From: Methanothrix sp.
GTDB lineage: Archaea > Halobacteriota > Methanosarcinia > Methanotrichales > Methanotrichaceae
Assembly (NCBI GenBank): GCA_963682135.1
Contig: OY821645.1
Coordinates: forward strand, 2,688,001 to 2,752,000
DNA length: 64,000 nucleotides
Reading direction: 5' to 3'
Shown here: in pieces, positions 29,101-39,645 of the stretch
How the letters are laid out: every line of letters starts with the position of its first letter
How positions within the stretch are numbered: position 1 is the first letter of the stretch
The notes under the pieces: model-generated
The model's input: only the letters and a program-made list of their open reading frames with translations
Databases searched by the model: none
Told to the model about the DNA's origin: nothing
Position numbers and translations under genes: made by a program

Positions 29101-30440
29101 GGAATCGAAGCCTTAATTATGATTCATTGTGGTCGGATATGACCCGCGTAGAGAACAGGATAATGGGTGACAGCCTTCGCGAAAAGTATCTATACGCCGA
29201 TACCCTGGACCAGAACAGCACTTATGTAGCGGATATGAATCAGACAGTTTACAGTTCTGAGGCAGATTTTAGTTCTGGCATGGCTCAGATAGACTATAAG
29301 AAACATGTCCCCGAAGAGAGAGATGTCGTCCAGGAAATAGATGAATACTACCATGGCAGCTTCCGGATAGAAGAGTCCGTGGACTCATACGGCGAGAGCG
29401 TCAAGTTCAGCAAATCGGGATTGGGCAAAGGATTTGTCTCCTCGGATAAATGGGTAAAAGGTGAGCAAAAATCCTACGAATCGGGCAGCGGCTACTACTC
29501 TTCTCAGGAGAAATCGGAACTTGGATCAGTTGACAAATACATAAAGATGCAATATGCACCGGTTCAACTCCGTGGCGGATCTCAAAACCTAAGCTATGCC
29601 AACTTATGGGACGAGGGATTGTTGACCAAAGATGAGGAGAAAGGCGTGCTAATTAGTAAGGATATCCGTTATGCAACATCTGTCGATATGGAGGCTATGA
29701 TGGAGAAATCCTCACTCTCCATTCTCGGCAAGTTCAATGGAACTCTCGATATAAATATGGAAAACGGGCCGCGCATCGGTGTGGATCAGAGGCTCATCGG
29801 AAGCTTCCAGGTAGATACGGCGATCGGCATCCATGACATGCCCCGGCACCTTTACCCGCATGTTAATATCAGCAAGACGGCAGCTATGCTGGACGAAGAG
29901 ACCGTCCTCTTTTTGATCAACGTCAGCAACGATGGCAATAAGCTGCTCAAACCACTGAATATAACCGATTACCTTCCCGAAGGCTGCAGCTTCATCAACT
30001 CCAGCATCCGAGCGAAGACAAACGGCAGTATGGTCAATTGGACGATTCCTTCCCTTGATATCGGCAGAACGCTGACCATAAAGATGAGAGCCAAGGTAGA
30101 CGGAGAACGCGCATATTATACGAATACGGTAAGAGTCAGGGCGGTCTGCAAAGAGAGCATAGTTGAGGCCAGGAACGCCACCACCTTTGAGGCCTACTAT
30201 CAGCCTCTGCCCTGCTGTCTGGGAATAAATGACAGCGCGGATGCCGACAACAAGATCAATACAACCAGTCTATTTAACACCACTCCGACGGTTGGGTATT
30301 GGGGTTCATGGAAGCCGGCCCCGTGTTTTGATATCTCCGGCAACATGACGGAATGCTCTGCTCAGTCGGAGGCCTATTATGATGAGATGGAAAAGGATGC
30401 GAGCCTGTGCAGCTGCGCATCCAATTATGAGGTGCCGTAA
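26196..30440 (+). CDS. large secreted multi-DUF11 (Ig-like) surface protein
   Basis: Repeated L.ITK.A...V.PG..LTYTI.Y.N.G and V.I.D.L motifs; signal peptide; Cys-rich C-terminus. Confidence 0.82.
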   Translation: MDKRTYSSRHFVQSCHRKALSAILAYALILSFLSLASGQVTNEREVQSGSVCNFVAQNISQEDASIEWSASDGSPMSYIGRSMRWKAPVVDSPKNVVISLNLTNTYGCCKYYNNLYNIRVIPRLVAKIVLKKDCLFTAPVKIGDHVLYTYNVTNQGTKPLIDLNLTDLQNWGPDSQPIYKSGDDGNGLLDPGESWWYECDYRVMDPADYPILRIMQSDKGPTQLSETIQRLMEKKVRLEIVMDNLRRSASQFDLQAARQITTEQMQEGLNYTYYNYSNEVTGESFSKIVDFKGNLNRTIYQDPISGAVLTVHYTTYSRIFSEELYYPPPGINEYFKIEYDLPAKGYNTITVTDYKSGDTLIMMVDSRGNILSKEYRRTPGYQLYVEKFLLKNKATVTAKTRDGSDVSDWDSFTLEVFRLLPDLLVTKTAQTELAISGGLLNYTILYKNAGGSDAHDVVITETYDKNLTFLRSDPPPDRGSVNRWSLGVLSIGESGSIQIQTKVSALALFGSKIVNKVELTARENSSAICIINTTVGSNDLNITKIASTNLVQPGKNLTYSIIYRNNGSIKQTNVTIHDWLDPYVYLANLSTQRDLIWRLGDLNPGEGGIKAVNVLVKNAIFGNTSRITNRYRIDSYQFAGMTKELVTRVMNGGLNITKTASSDFVPPGSELTYTITYRNEGSENQTGVMIHDWLDRYVDLVDVMANPPLVSSGSGNYLRWYRDYLKPGVEGTITIRVRTNATIPDHVSQIINTYRINSTQFEAKNSTLKTDVVHSLWIRKKADKSIYKREDNITYTIDYGNSGITPAYLVNVTDLLPEVILISVYPIPSTISGNNLTWRVGTLGENESRTIRIVAQIPKKAKANYYETSQVQGDGYAYVRKGFSTEEKKEGLTNRAMISGYYGEYPFRVSANSSVTVLGSPGTSISSLEHGSGYYKEESKSSLHQENKSIRLEKNLFAKYKKTAFLLPGNRSLNYDSLWSDMTRVENRIMGDSLREKYLYADTLDQNSTYVADMNQTVYSSEADFSSGMAQIDYKKHVPEERDVVQEIDEYYHGSFRIEESVDSYGESVKFSKSGLGKGFVSSDKWVKGEQKSYESGSGYYSSQEKSELGSVDKYIKMQYAPVQLRGGSQNLSYANLWDEGLLTKDEEKGVLISKDIRYATSVDMEAMMEKSSLSILGKFNGTLDINMENGPRIGVDQRLIGSFQVDTAIGIHDMPRHLYPHVNISKTAAMLDEETVLFLINVSNDGNKLLKPLNITDYLPEGCSFINSSIRAKTNGSMVNWTIPSLDIGRTLTIKMRAKVDGERAYYTNTVRVRAVCKESIVEARNATTFEAYYQPLPCCLGINDSADADNKINTTSLFNTTPTVGYWGSWKPAPCFDISGNMTECSAQSEAYYDEMEKDASLCSCASNYEVP

Positions 30441-30505
30441 GCAGTCCTTTGTCCAGGAAATTTACTTATTTCCCGGACAAGGGGGCCTGCCGGAATTTTT
30501 GGTTT

Positions 30506-32584
30506 TTACTCCAAAGACCTCTGCTTGCTGACCCTCAGATGGTGGCGGTACATGATGCCCAGGGCGTCGGCAACCTGTTCGGGCGTGCCGAAGACGGGAA
30601 TGCCGGCATTTTCCAGCTTGATAACATCGGTTTGCGCAAATTCCTTTCCGGCCACGCAGGCGATGATGGGCTTGCCCTTGTAATCGATCTTCTGGAGAGC
30701 ATCCACGTAGCTGCCCAAAATCTCCGCCTGCAATACAACGATAAAGCTGCCCACGTCCTGGCTGTCTACACCGATCTCAATGGTTCTCTTTACCGTCTCT
30801 GCATCCTGGCTGAATGTGTAGTCTACTGGATTTGTGCCGCAGACATAATCGGGCAGCAGGCCCTTCAGCCGCTGCAATAAGTGCGGCTCCAATTCGGAGA
30901 GACGCATGCCGTTGTCGGTGATGGCATCGGCGGCAATGACTCCCAGCGAGCCGGCGTAGGTTATTATGAATACACCTTCCCTTGTGGGCAGCGGCTGCTT
31001 GGAAATAGCGCGAGCCAGGTTGAACATGTGCTCATAATCGCGGGCTCGTATTATCCCGGACTGGCGAAAGACGGAGCTGAAAATCTGGTCGTTGCCGGCC
31101 AGGGATGCGGTGTGGGATGCCACCGCTTTCTTTCCGGCGGCGGTTCGACCGGACTTGAGAACGACAACGGGCTTTTCCGAAGTGATGCGCCGGGCCACAT
31201 CAATGAAACGCCGCCCGCCTTTCACAGACTCAAGATACATGCAGATGACATTGATGTTCTCGTCCTTGCTCACTGCCTCCATAATATCGGTCTCGTTGAT
31301 GTCCAGCTTATTGCCGATGGTAGCGATTATGCCAAAATCCATAATATGGCGCAGCCCCCAGAGCATACCGGCTGCGCACACTCCCGCCTGCGAGACCAGG
31401 CCGATATTGCCCATGGATAATGCATCCACAATGCCGATGGATTGGACCATGCTGCAATGCGTGTTGATGATGCCGGAACAGTTGGGTCCAAGAAGCCGGA
31501 CGCCATACCTGTCGGCAATATCCTTCATCAGCAGCTCAATCTTCTTGCCTTCCTCGCCCAATTCCGCAAAGCCGGCTGACTCAACTACGATGTAGCGCAC
31601 ACCGCACTTGCAGCACTCCTCAACTACATCCGGGGTTATGCCGGCTGAGACGAGGATGATAGCCACGTCAACCGGTTCCGGCACGGCGCTGATGCAGGGA
31701 TAAGCTTTGCAGCCGTGAATCTCATCTGCTTTGGGATTGATGGGATAGAGCTTCCCCTTGAAATTATGGCCGACAAGATTGGTGAAGACGTTCCAGCCAA
31801 GCTTTCCCGGCGTGCCGGAGGCTCCGATGACGGCAATGCTCCTGGGATAGAACAGGTCGTGTAGGTCCTGTTTTACGGCAACCTGCGGTGCAGGGCGCGG
31901 CTCGCCCAGAATTATGCGGGCGTCAACCACCAGATAGCCATCCGGATAGAGGAATACGGGATTGAGATCCATCTCTGAGATGTCGGGATTCTTGATGACA
32001 AAGTCGGATATGGCCATCAAGAGTTTTTCCAGCGCCTCGATATCCGCCGATATGCCGCGATATCCGCGCAGCAGTGCATAGCCTTTGATCTCTTCGATCA
32101 TGTCTCTGGCATCGGAGGCAGAGATGGGAATGGAGCGGAAGGAGACATCCTTTAGAACTTCCACGAATACTCCGCCCAGACCAAACATCAATACCGGTCC
32201 GAAGGTTTCATCATTGGCCACGCCTACGATGGCTTCCACTCCCGGCCGGGCCATCTTTTGCACGCAGATGCCCACGACCTCTTTGTCCCGGAATGATGCA
32301 ATGATCTGCCGGTAGGCTCTTCTTACTTCATCCGCATCCCTCAAATCCAGCTTAACTCCGCCGGCATCGGTTTTATGGACTACGTCCGGAGAGAGCACCT
32401 TCATGGCCACGGGCGATGCCAGGGATTGGAAGATCTCTACCGCTTCGTCCTCCGACCTGGCTACCCCGGCACCGGTGGTGGTGATTCCCAGGCTTTCCAG
32501 AACGGCTTTGCTCTCATGCTCCATCAGGTAGGTCCGGCCTACTGCCAATGCCCTATCAATAACCTCTCTATATTGCTTTGCCAT
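30506..32584 (-). CDS. ADP-forming acetate/acyl-CoA ligase, beta-alpha fusion
   Basis: N-terminal ATP-grasp (HKTDAGGV, FGPVLMFGLGG, DLNP); CoA-binding IAVIGAS, GPNC, phospho-His motif SHTASLAG. Confidence 0.9.
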   Translation of the reverse strand: MAKQYREVIDRALAVGRTYLMEHESKAVLESLGITTTGAGVARSEDEAVEIFQSLASPVAMKVLSPDVVHKTDAGGVKLDLRDADEVRRAYRQIIASFRDKEVVGICVQKMARPGVEAIVGVANDETFGPVLMFGLGGVFVEVLKDVSFRSIPISASDARDMIEEIKGYALLRGYRGISADIEALEKLLMAISDFVIKNPDISEMDLNPVFLYPDGYLVVDARIILGEPRPAPQVAVKQDLHDLFYPRSIAVIGASGTPGKLGWNVFTNLVGHNFKGKLYPINPKADEIHGCKAYPCISAVPEPVDVAIILVSAGITPDVVEECCKCGVRYIVVESAGFAELGEEGKKIELLMKDIADRYGVRLLGPNCSGIINTHCSMVQSIGIVDALSMGNIGLVSQAGVCAAGMLWGLRHIMDFGIIATIGNKLDINETDIMEAVSKDENINVICMYLESVKGGRRFIDVARRITSEKPVVVLKSGRTAAGKKAVASHTASLAGNDQIFSSVFRQSGIIRARDYEHMFNLARAISKQPLPTREGVFIITYAGSLGVIAADAITDNGMRLSELEPHLLQRLKGLLPDYVCGTNPVDYTFSQDAETVKRTIEIGVDSQDVGSFIVVLQAEILGSYVDALQKIDYKGKPIIACVAGKEFAQTDVIKLENAGIPVFGTPEQVADALGIMYRHHLRVSKQRSLE

Positions 32585-32755
32585 TTTGACCCCTAAATTA
32601 GCATATTCTTGATTGCAGCTATGCATTTCCTAAGCTGGATTGCATGCTTAAAAAGCTTGCCCGAATTGTGGAAGAACTTGTTCCTGTCATCTTTTTCTCG
32701 ATCTACCTTTCTTGAGGCGATGCTCTTATCTCAGATAAGTGCCTAACATTTTTGC

Positions 32756-33499
32756 ATGGATAAGGAAATTGTCCAGGTAATCCTTGAGAAGCAGCCCACT
32801 GTCAAGAACCCCATCTTGATAGAGGGATTCCCGGGAATTGGCCTGGTAGGCAACATAGCCAGCCAGTACATAGTCAATGAATTGAAGATGACTTATCTCG
32901 GGGCCATGAGCTCCAGGTACTTCCCTCCGCTGGCCGTTCTCCTGGGTGGCGTTGTAAATATGCCGGTTCGCATTTATGAGGATGTAGCCAAAGAACTGGT
33001 GATTCTCACTGCCGACATCCCCGTTCATCCCCTCGCATCCTTTGAGATTGGAAAGGAGATCGTATCCTTTGCCCAGTCCATCGGTGCTCGAGAGATGATC
33101 TGTCTGGCAGGCATAACTGTGATGGGCGACGAGCGCCGGGTCTTTGGTGCTGTGAGCCGGGAGGATTTGCTCGATAAGATAAAGGACAAAGCAGAGGTAT
33201 TTGAGCTGGGGACAATTACCGGCATTACGGGGAGCATCATGAACGAGTGCCGCATAAGAAATCTGCCTGCGATCTGCCTTTTGGGCGAGACGGCTTCGGC
33301 GGACCCAGACCCTCGAGCTGCCATTGCCACTATTGAGACGCTCAATAAGATCTACGATTTGGGGATAAGCACGTCCAAGCTCTCCGAGCAGACAGAACAA
33401 ATCGAGGTGCAGATGGCGCAACTGGCCCAGCAGATGAAAGCGACCACTACCGAAGAGCAGCAAGCTCAGATGCCCAAAGAATTTCCCATGTACGGGTGA
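32756..33499 (+). CDS. proteasome assembly chaperone (PAC2) family protein
   Basis: IEGFPGIGLVGNIA, DPDPRAA, C-terminal MYG (HbYX). Confidence 0.9.
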   Translation: MDKEIVQVILEKQPTVKNPILIEGFPGIGLVGNIASQYIVNELKMTYLGAMSSRYFPPLAVLLGGVVNMPVRIYEDVAKELVILTADIPVHPLASFEIGKEIVSFAQSIGAREMICLAGITVMGDERRVFGAVSREDLLDKIKDKAEVFELGTITGITGSIMNECRIRNLPAICLLGETASADPDPRAAIATIETLNKIYDLGISTSKLSEQTEQIEVQMAQLAQQMKATTTEEQQAQMPKEFPMYG

Positions 33500-33505
33500 T
33501 GTCTC

Positions 33506-33895
33506 ATGATCTACATAGCGCTAACGGGATTGGCAAGACATGTGTTGAATGAACTTACTGCAGCCCGTGTCAGGACGGTGGAGATCCAGAGCCCCAATAA
33601 CTTCTTTGCTCTTCTGCGAGTTTCACCGGGAGACCGGATCTTTCTTACGCAGTCGAGCGCCCCGGATATAGTTCCAGGAACTGGGGGGCTCATCGCCAGC
33701 ATAAGAGCTCTACAGATCATTACTCATCGCACGGTTCAATCGAACGAGGACTACTACGAAGAGCGTGAGTCTCAGGCGGCCAGGGCGCAACTGCAGCTGG
33801 TGGGCGTCGGAAAGGTGAGAAAGATCACCAACTTTGAGCCAGGCACACCACTCATGCTGGACGTGGATGAGATGAGGTTCTGCGACGCGCGCTGA
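33506..33895 (+). CDS. DUF473 family protein
   Basis: ALTGLA, RTVEIQSPNNF, EERE; usual neighbour of the PAC2 gene. Confidence 0.8.
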   Translation: MIYIALTGLARHVLNELTAARVRTVEIQSPNNFFALLRVSPGDRIFLTQSSAPDIVPGTGGLIASIRALQIITHRTVQSNEDYYEERESQAARAQLQLVGVGKVRKITNFEPGTPLMLDVDEMRFCDAR

Positions 33896-34032
33896 GATGG
33901 GCTCACTTTACTGAAACAAATAATGCAGTGGAAGGGCGGCGGCGCTCCGGTAAGCCAAGCTGTGGGACATCCAAATCGCCGCCGCATGATTGTGTATCCC
34001 AGATCTAGCTGAATCCAACCCTCAGTGAATAC

Positions 34033-34146
34033 GATGCCGCGAAGGAGGCTGGACGCCAGCTCGTGAATGATAGGAAGATGTCCGCCGAGGTGCTAAGCAC
34101 AGTAAGCCGGGAGCTCATTTCCAGGGATATGTATGTGCAGATCGCG
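34033..34146 (+). pseudogene. C-terminal fragment of a flavodoxin / NADPH-dependent FMN reductase-like protein
   Basis: Translates DAAKEAGRQLVNDRKMSAEVLSTVSRELISRDMYVQIA; no start or N-terminal domain; family recognised from memory. Confidence 0.45.
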
Positions 34147-34276
34147 GGAAGCAAGGACAAGCTAAGCGGTTGTGTCTCCTGTGTGCTGGCCTATGCATGA
34201 AGATTTCCAGGCAATCAATCTGGCTGCATATGGCGTCAAGCAAGAAGATTTATTCAAGCACATTTAATGGCACAAT

Positions 34277-36907
34277 GTGAACAATCTACCTGAATCTGCG
34301 GAAAATGCCAATGAAGAATCCTTGGTCGGAATCAAGACGCTTACAGGTTCGGATAAACTGCTCGGCCTTCAGAGAGACTTAGCTATAGCTCTTAACTCTA
34401 TTACCGATTTAAACGAGGCACTGGCACTTGTATTGGATGCTGCTCTTAAGGTAGATGGCATCAATGCGGGTGCCGTTTACATCGCAGATGAGGCTACCTG
34501 TAGCGTGGATATGCTATTACATAAGGGATTATCAGAAAAGTTCGTTGAAGGCTGCTCACATTGCGATCCAAATTCACCCCGGGCATGCATAGTCTCGGCT
34601 GGCGAAATAGTCTACAGAGATTTTGAGTACATTTCTCAGTCTCCTTTCTCAGATCTACGAGAAGAAGGCTTGAAATCAGTTGCAGACCTTCCCGTGAGGT
34701 ATAAAGAAAAAGCAATTGGGGCACTCATTCTCGCGTCTCGCATTTATAATGAGATTCCATTAGGCACTCGTAATTCGCTAGAAACTCTGGCCGCCGATAT
34801 GGCAGGAGTCATAATCAGAATTAAAAATGGAGAAGAACTTAGGAAATCAAGAGAATACCTCAATAAAATAATAAACGCAATTGGTGACCCTATATTTGTT
34901 AAAGATAGAGATCATCGATTAATAATGGTTAACGATGCCGAATGCCGTTTGGCAGGCCGAACGCGCGACGAGCTTCTGGGGAGAACCGATTATGATTTTT
35001 TCCCAAAAGAGCAGGTGGACATTTTCTCAAAAAGAGATGAATTAGTCTTCGAAACCGGGAACGAGGACGTAAATGAAGAGCAAATTACCGATGCTCAGGG
35101 AAATATTTGCACTATTATCACCAAGAAGACCTTACTCACTAACAATGCTGGAAAGAAGTTCATAGTTGGTGTGATAAGGGATATAACCAAACGCAAGCAA
35201 GAAGAAGAAGAACTTCATAAGAAAGATATTCTACTTGGCGGGGCCGCCATTGCCGCAAATATTCTTCTGGCAGATAACGATCTGGATCAAGCAATAAATC
35301 ATACTCTTGAGATTTTAGGAGCTGCTACACACTCCGACCGAATCTATATCTTTGAAAACGAAAATATGGATAATGATATACATCTGGCCAGTTTGCGTTA
35401 TGAGTGGTCACGAGATCCTGTAATCTCCCTCAAAAATAATTCCTATTTCTATTGTCTTACATATTATCCAATTTTATCCCGATGGTATGATGCCTTCTCA
35501 AAAGGGCAACCAATAAAAGGCTTAGTTCGTGAGCTTCCTGAACTCGAAAGAGCATTTTTAAGGCCTCTGAATACCAAGGCGCTTCTCATCATGCCAATTA
35601 TGATTGAAAACCAATTCTGGGGATTTATCGGCTTTGATGATTGCCAATCCGAACGTATCTGGATCGGCATTGAAGGATCTATTATTCAGGTAGCTGCTGC
35701 CTCCATAGGTCAGGCTATCGTTCGCAAACAGGCTGAGAATGCTCTCATTAAGTCTAAAGAAATTGCAGAATCCGCAGCTCGAGCCAAATCCGAGTTCTTG
35801 GCCCATATGTCCCACGAGATAAGGACTCCCATGAATGCGGTCATCGGATTGACCGATCTTCTGGAAAGAACCAATCTGGACAAAGAACAACGAATTTATG
35901 TGGAGACTATTCGAAGCAGCGGCGATTCCCTGCTATCAATTATAAACGATATTCTGGATTTTTCAAAGATAGATAGCCACAAGGTGGAGTTGGAGTCTCA
36001 TCCATTTGATTTAAAAGATTGCATTGAAGCTTCCCGGGATGTTGTAACCACAGAGGCGTCGAAGAAGGGGCTCTACCTGAGCTATGGCATCGATTCCAAT
36101 ACCCCGGAGAGAATTGTGGGAGACTCTGCGCGGCTGCGTCAGATCTTGATCAATCTCCTCAACAATGCTGTTAAGTTCTCTGAAAAAGGCGCAGTGAAGA
36201 TAGAAGTATCTAGCAGAAAGCTTGAAGCCTCAAATTATGAAATCCGCTTCTCAGTGAGTGATTCCGGAGTGGGAATTCCCGAAAACAGCATAAATCGTTT
36301 ATTTCAACCATTCACCCAAATAGACTCATCGACTACGCGAAAGTATGGTGGAACTGGACTTGGTCTTGCCATTTGCAGGAATCTTGTGGAAATGATGGGC
36401 GGAACGATTTGGGTTGACAGTCAATTAGGCAAGGGTTCAACATTCCATTTTACAATTGTGACAGAGTCTGCAACCAAGATGCAAGCTTCTTCTATGGTCG
36501 TGGACAATAATCCCATTATCCGTCCTATGTATGGCAAACCTCATCCCATGCACATTCTGCTGGCTGAGGATAACCCTATCAACCAAATGATGATGTTGAA
36601 AATGCTAAATAAGCTGGGCTATATAGCTGATGTTGCATCTAACGGCCTTGAGGTTTTGAAATTTCTGGAAATCCAACCATATGATTTGATTCTGATGGAT
36701 GTACAGATGCCGGAAATGGATGGTTTTCAAGCTACCAGAGAAATTCGCAGGCGCTGGCCAACTGAAGATCGGCCGAAGATTATTGCCATAACTGCCTACG
36801 CACTCGAAGGTGATCGAGAGAGTTGTTTGGCAGCCGGAATGGATGATTATATTAGCAAACCTTTGAGGTTGGATAAATTACGGGTTGTCCTTGAATCCTA
36901 TGGTTAA
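34277..36907 (+). CDS. hybrid sensor histidine kinase (GAF-PAS-GAF-HisKA-HATPase-REC)
   Basis: [34 protein letters not shown] motifs LAEDN / LMDVQMP / YISKP. Confidence 0.94.
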   Translation: MNNLPESAENANEESLVGIKTLTGSDKLLGLQRDLAIALNSITDLNEALALVLDAALKVDGINAGAVYIADEATCSVDMLLHKGLSEKFVEGCSHCDPNSPRACIVSAGEIVYRDFEYISQSPFSDLREEGLKSVADLPVRYKEKAIGALILASRIYNEIPLGTRNSLETLAADMAGVIIRIKNGEELRKSREYLNKIINAIGDPIFVKDRDHRLIMVNDAECRLAGRTRDELLGRTDYDFFPKEQVDIFSKRDELVFETGNEDVNEEQITDAQGNICTIITKKTLLTNNAGKKFIVGVIRDITKRKQEEEELHKKDILLGGAAIAANILLADNDLDQAINHTLEILGAATHSDRIYIFENENMDNDIHLASLRYEWSRDPVISLKNNSYFYCLTYYPILSRWYDAFSKGQPIKGLVRELPELERAFLRPLNTKALLIMPIMIENQFWGFIGFDDCQSERIWIGIEGSIIQVAAASIGQAIVRKQAENALIKSKEIAESAARAKSEFLAHMSHEIRTPMNAVIGLTDLLERTNLDKEQRIYVETIRSSGDSLLSIINDILDFSKIDSHKVELESHPFDLKDCIEASRDVVTTEASKKGLYLSYGIDSNTPERIVGDSARLRQILINLLNNAVKFSEKGAVKIEVSSRKLEASNYEIRFSVSDSGVGIPENSINRLFQPFTQIDSSTTRKYGGTGLGLAICRNLVEMMGGTIWVDSQLGKGSTFHFTIVTESATKMQASSMVVDNNPIIRPMYGKPHPMHILLAEDNPINQMMMLKMLNKLGYIADVASNGLEVLKFLEIQPYDLILMDVQMPEMDGFQATREIRRRWPTEDRPKIIAITAYALEGDRESCLAAGMDDYISKPLRLDKLRVVLESYG

Positions 36908-37079
36908 CCTACGGTTGAGCAATAAGATATTCTGAGCTTCTGGAGACGAAGAGATAGTGAATTTGGCATAGGTTTTCATCCGTTGATATTGGATTTATCG
37001 CGAAAACCTAATAAGCAGGATACATGTTAATTTGTAACGGCGAACATGGCAATAGCTAAAAAACGCTATCAACCAAAAG

Positions 37080-37101
37080 TAAAAGGTGCGGGGAAAGGGA
37101 T
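37080..37101 (-). repeat. att-like 22-bp copy of the tRNA-Leu(CAA) 3' end
   Basis: TAAAAGGTGCGGGGAAAGGGAT identical at 37080-37101 and 41256-41277. Confidence 0.9.
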
Positions 37102-37212
37102 ACTTGCACGCTTTTACTGGTAATTCTGATGATAGGATTAAGTCCATCAGTATGATGCAGTTTTAAAGCTTGTTCGATATATAAATTCATTTTCATTCTT
37201 TCGGAATCCATT

Positions 37213-37344
37213 TTTATTGAGAAGGTGTACAACCAAAAGAGGCTTCATTCAGCTTTGAACTACAAATCTCCAGAACGGTTCGAAATGGAGTTTGCTTTAA
37301 AGACTGTTGCTTAACTAACTGTCTACTATCAGGGGTGCAGTCCA
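37213..37344 (+). mobile_element. IS3-family transposase C-terminal remnant with right terminal repeat
   Basis: FIEKVYNQKRLHSALNYKSPERFE...stop (YNxxRxHSxLxYxSP motif), then CTAACTGTCTACTATCAGGGGTGCAGTCCA ending in CA. Confidence 0.75.
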
Positions 37345-37393
37345 GTTTAGTGTTGTGTAATGAGTTTATAAAAAAAAACACAAAGCTTTGGAT

Positions 37394-37795
37394 TTATATT
37401 TTTATACGGCGAAGCTTATCAATGACATTCCGTCCTTTTTCTCCATCAGCAAGATAAATTAGCTCAATCTCATCATCAGAAATGATCGTTCCAAAGTCAT
37501 ATCCCTCATTCAATTCTGCTATGTAGAGCATTTTGTTATCCAAGCCAATTGACCCGGCAAAACTTTCTACAATCTCTTTCCCATTCAACGGATATGTCAA
37601 ATATCCCGTAAAGAGTCGATCTTTCTGCTCGATGATGACTAAATTTGTAGTTTCATTTTCTGACAGTTTGTATACTCCATTTTCTGCAATATACGCATTC
37701 TGAGTCCCTGTCCAGTTCCCAACCAGGTCTGGAACCTGCGCTGTACAGATCCCCATGGTCATCAGGATCAATAATACTGACCAAATCGCTTTCAT
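37394..37795 (-). CDS. secreted hypothetical protein (beta-barrel-like)
   Basis: Signal peptide MKAIWSVLLILMTMGICTA, then PDLVGNWTG. Confidence 0.7.
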   Translation of the reverse strand: MKAIWSVLLILMTMGICTAQVPDLVGNWTGTQNAYIAENGVYKLSENETTNLVIIEQKDRLFTGYLTYPLNGKEIVESFAGSIGLDNKMLYIAELNEGYDFGTIISDDEIELIYLADGEKGRNVIDKLRRIKI

Positions 37796-37928
37796 AAATA
37801 AAAAATAGTACATTCATACTATAAATCTTTTAATCTCATGAGCTTTATTGCTTTCATGTAAATTATAAATCCGTGTGCAGAAGATTTCATGCGTTCTTAG
37901 AGCAAATCGAGAGCACCTCCTCGCTAAG

Positions 37929-37966
37929 AATAGGGCTGGGGTAGGCTTCAATACCCCAGTTCTGTT
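37929..37966. terminator. hairpin just after the 37971-39455 gene
   Basis: AATAGGGCTGGGGTA-ggcttcaa-TACCCCAGTTCTGTT inverted repeat, with G-T pairs. Confidence 0.5.
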
Positions 37967-37970
37967 TGAG

Positions 37971-39455
37971 TTATTCTTTAGGATCGAACTTTATAGCCCT
38001 ATCGAAAACTATCTCTGAGTAGGCAGGACCGATCTTTGTAGCGTTTTCCAAGTAGAGCCTCCAGCAAATGAAAAGCGGCTGATCCGTCCCTATTCCATAG
38101 CCACCAGGACCATAGGGAAGTTCATAGCAGTGTGGATAACCTTCACAATTCCTAGCGAGCTTATACACATAAAGATATTTCGCATTGGGATTGTCAGGGA
38201 GGTACTCCTCAGCAGTGCCAGCAAGTTCTGAGTCATGAACTGCTCCAACGCCATTCCATATATCTGCTCCATAAGGAGCAAAATTGGAGTACATCGCCTT
38301 TCCTGTAGCTACATGGTTAACACCATAGACGATTAAGAACTCATTGGTACCATTGCCCAGAGTAATTGGTGGATTTCGTGAGAAATCATAGTACTGCGAG
38401 ATATTGCCAAAAGGCGGCATTGGCGAAGTGACAGATTGATTTGCAGTCCATAGATAGCAGCAATCGTTGTTAGGACCCCATGTATTAATTCCAGTCTGAA
38501 GACCGGTATATTGTTCTACGAACCATTTGCCAGTTTGAAGCTCTGTGGAATTCGATGTGTTGTATTTAATAAGGATAGCTTCCCGCAATTCGTTAAGATC
38601 ATCCAACAGATCAAACTCCGTTGTTCCCGTTCCACGGACCCTTAGCTCTGGTACATCATACGGATCTAGATCCGCAGTTTCATTGGGAGTGATCCTGAGA
38701 ATCGCCGCAGGTACTCTCTTAATGTAAGCATCGCCCGCTTGCTGGTCCTTGAATAGAGCCGGACGGATGAATAGAGTAAATGTATCGGAACTATTCTCCA
38801 AGCCCATGTTCAACATAGTCGAGGGTATCACTTGGGTATTGGTTATATTATCCGGATATCCTGCTGACTCCGCAGCCGCTCGGATACGTCGATCAATACC
38901 CTTGCCGGCAGTGGCAATTATTACAGTAGTTTGATTGAAAGGATTTCCGGGCTGCCCATCAGGTGTTCCTTCAGTTTTGATGACTAAATTATTCAACGGG
39001 TCGCCCATGCAGGTCCAGATCCATCTTGTCTCGTTTCTGAATGTAGTAAACAGCATTTCTGCATCATAGCAGAAGTATCTACACTCAGGTGGCGTTCGCC
39101 CTACGAAAATGATAGCTTCATCTGGACCGAGATTCCAGAATGCTGATGTGTTCTGACTGATTCCAAGCGCTGTGGCTATCTTTGCGAACTGCTCAGGTAC
39201 CTTATGACCAGGTGCCGGTGGAACAAAGTACGTCAAGTATTTTGTTGTGGGATTGTTTCCAAGCGCTGAAGTTAACACCCCTAAGTTGTATGCTTTTATA
39301 GCATCAAAAAAACCTATCGCACCTTGCTGTACCGTGAATCCATCCTGCTCCAGGGCTTGTTTAAATGCCTCCACATTACCAATATCCATATTCTGTCCAA
39401 AGGTTGTCCCTATTGATATAGCGAACAAGACTAGAAGTAATATATGATTTCGCAT
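37971..39455 (-). CDS. secreted hypothetical protein
   Basis: 494-aa ORF with signal peptide; upstream AAGGAGAG. Confidence 0.75.
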   Translation of the reverse strand: MRNHILLLVLFAISIGTTFGQNMDIGNVEAFKQALEQDGFTVQQGAIGFFDAIKAYNLGVLTSALGNNPTTKYLTYFVPPAPGHKVPEQFAKIATALGISQNTSAFWNLGPDEAIIFVGRTPPECRYFCYDAEMLFTTFRNETRWIWTCMGDPLNNLVIKTEGTPDGQPGNPFNQTTVIIATAGKGIDRRIRAAAESAGYPDNITNTQVIPSTMLNMGLENSSDTFTLFIRPALFKDQQAGDAYIKRVPAAILRITPNETADLDPYDVPELRVRGTGTTEFDLLDDLNELREAILIKYNTSNSTELQTGKWFVEQYTGLQTGINTWGPNNDCCYLWTANQSVTSPMPPFGNISQYYDFSRNPPITLGNGTNEFLIVYGVNHVATGKAMYSNFAPYGADIWNGVGAVHDSELAGTAEEYLPDNPNAKYLYVYKLARNCEGYPHCYELPYGPGGYGIGTDQPLFICWRLYLENATKIGPAYSEIVFDRAIKFDPKE

Positions 39456-39547
39456 ATAATATCTCTCTCCTTACAATTAATTATCATCAATGTCTATTAA
39501 AACTTTTGCGATAGAGGTGTGCAGTTAAAGATTCGAGATCACCAGTG

Positions 39548-39645
39548 CATATGGGTTATATGGGCTATTCTTTCCATATTTTTTTATCATAATTAATTCA
39601 CTTTCTCCACTAATAATAGTAGAAATGACCCATATAACCCATATG
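39548..39645. repeat. perfect 17-bp inverted repeat around an AT-rich 64-bp spacer
   Basis: CATATGGGTTATATGGG (39548-39564) / CCCATATAACCCATATG (39629-39645). Confidence 0.85.
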
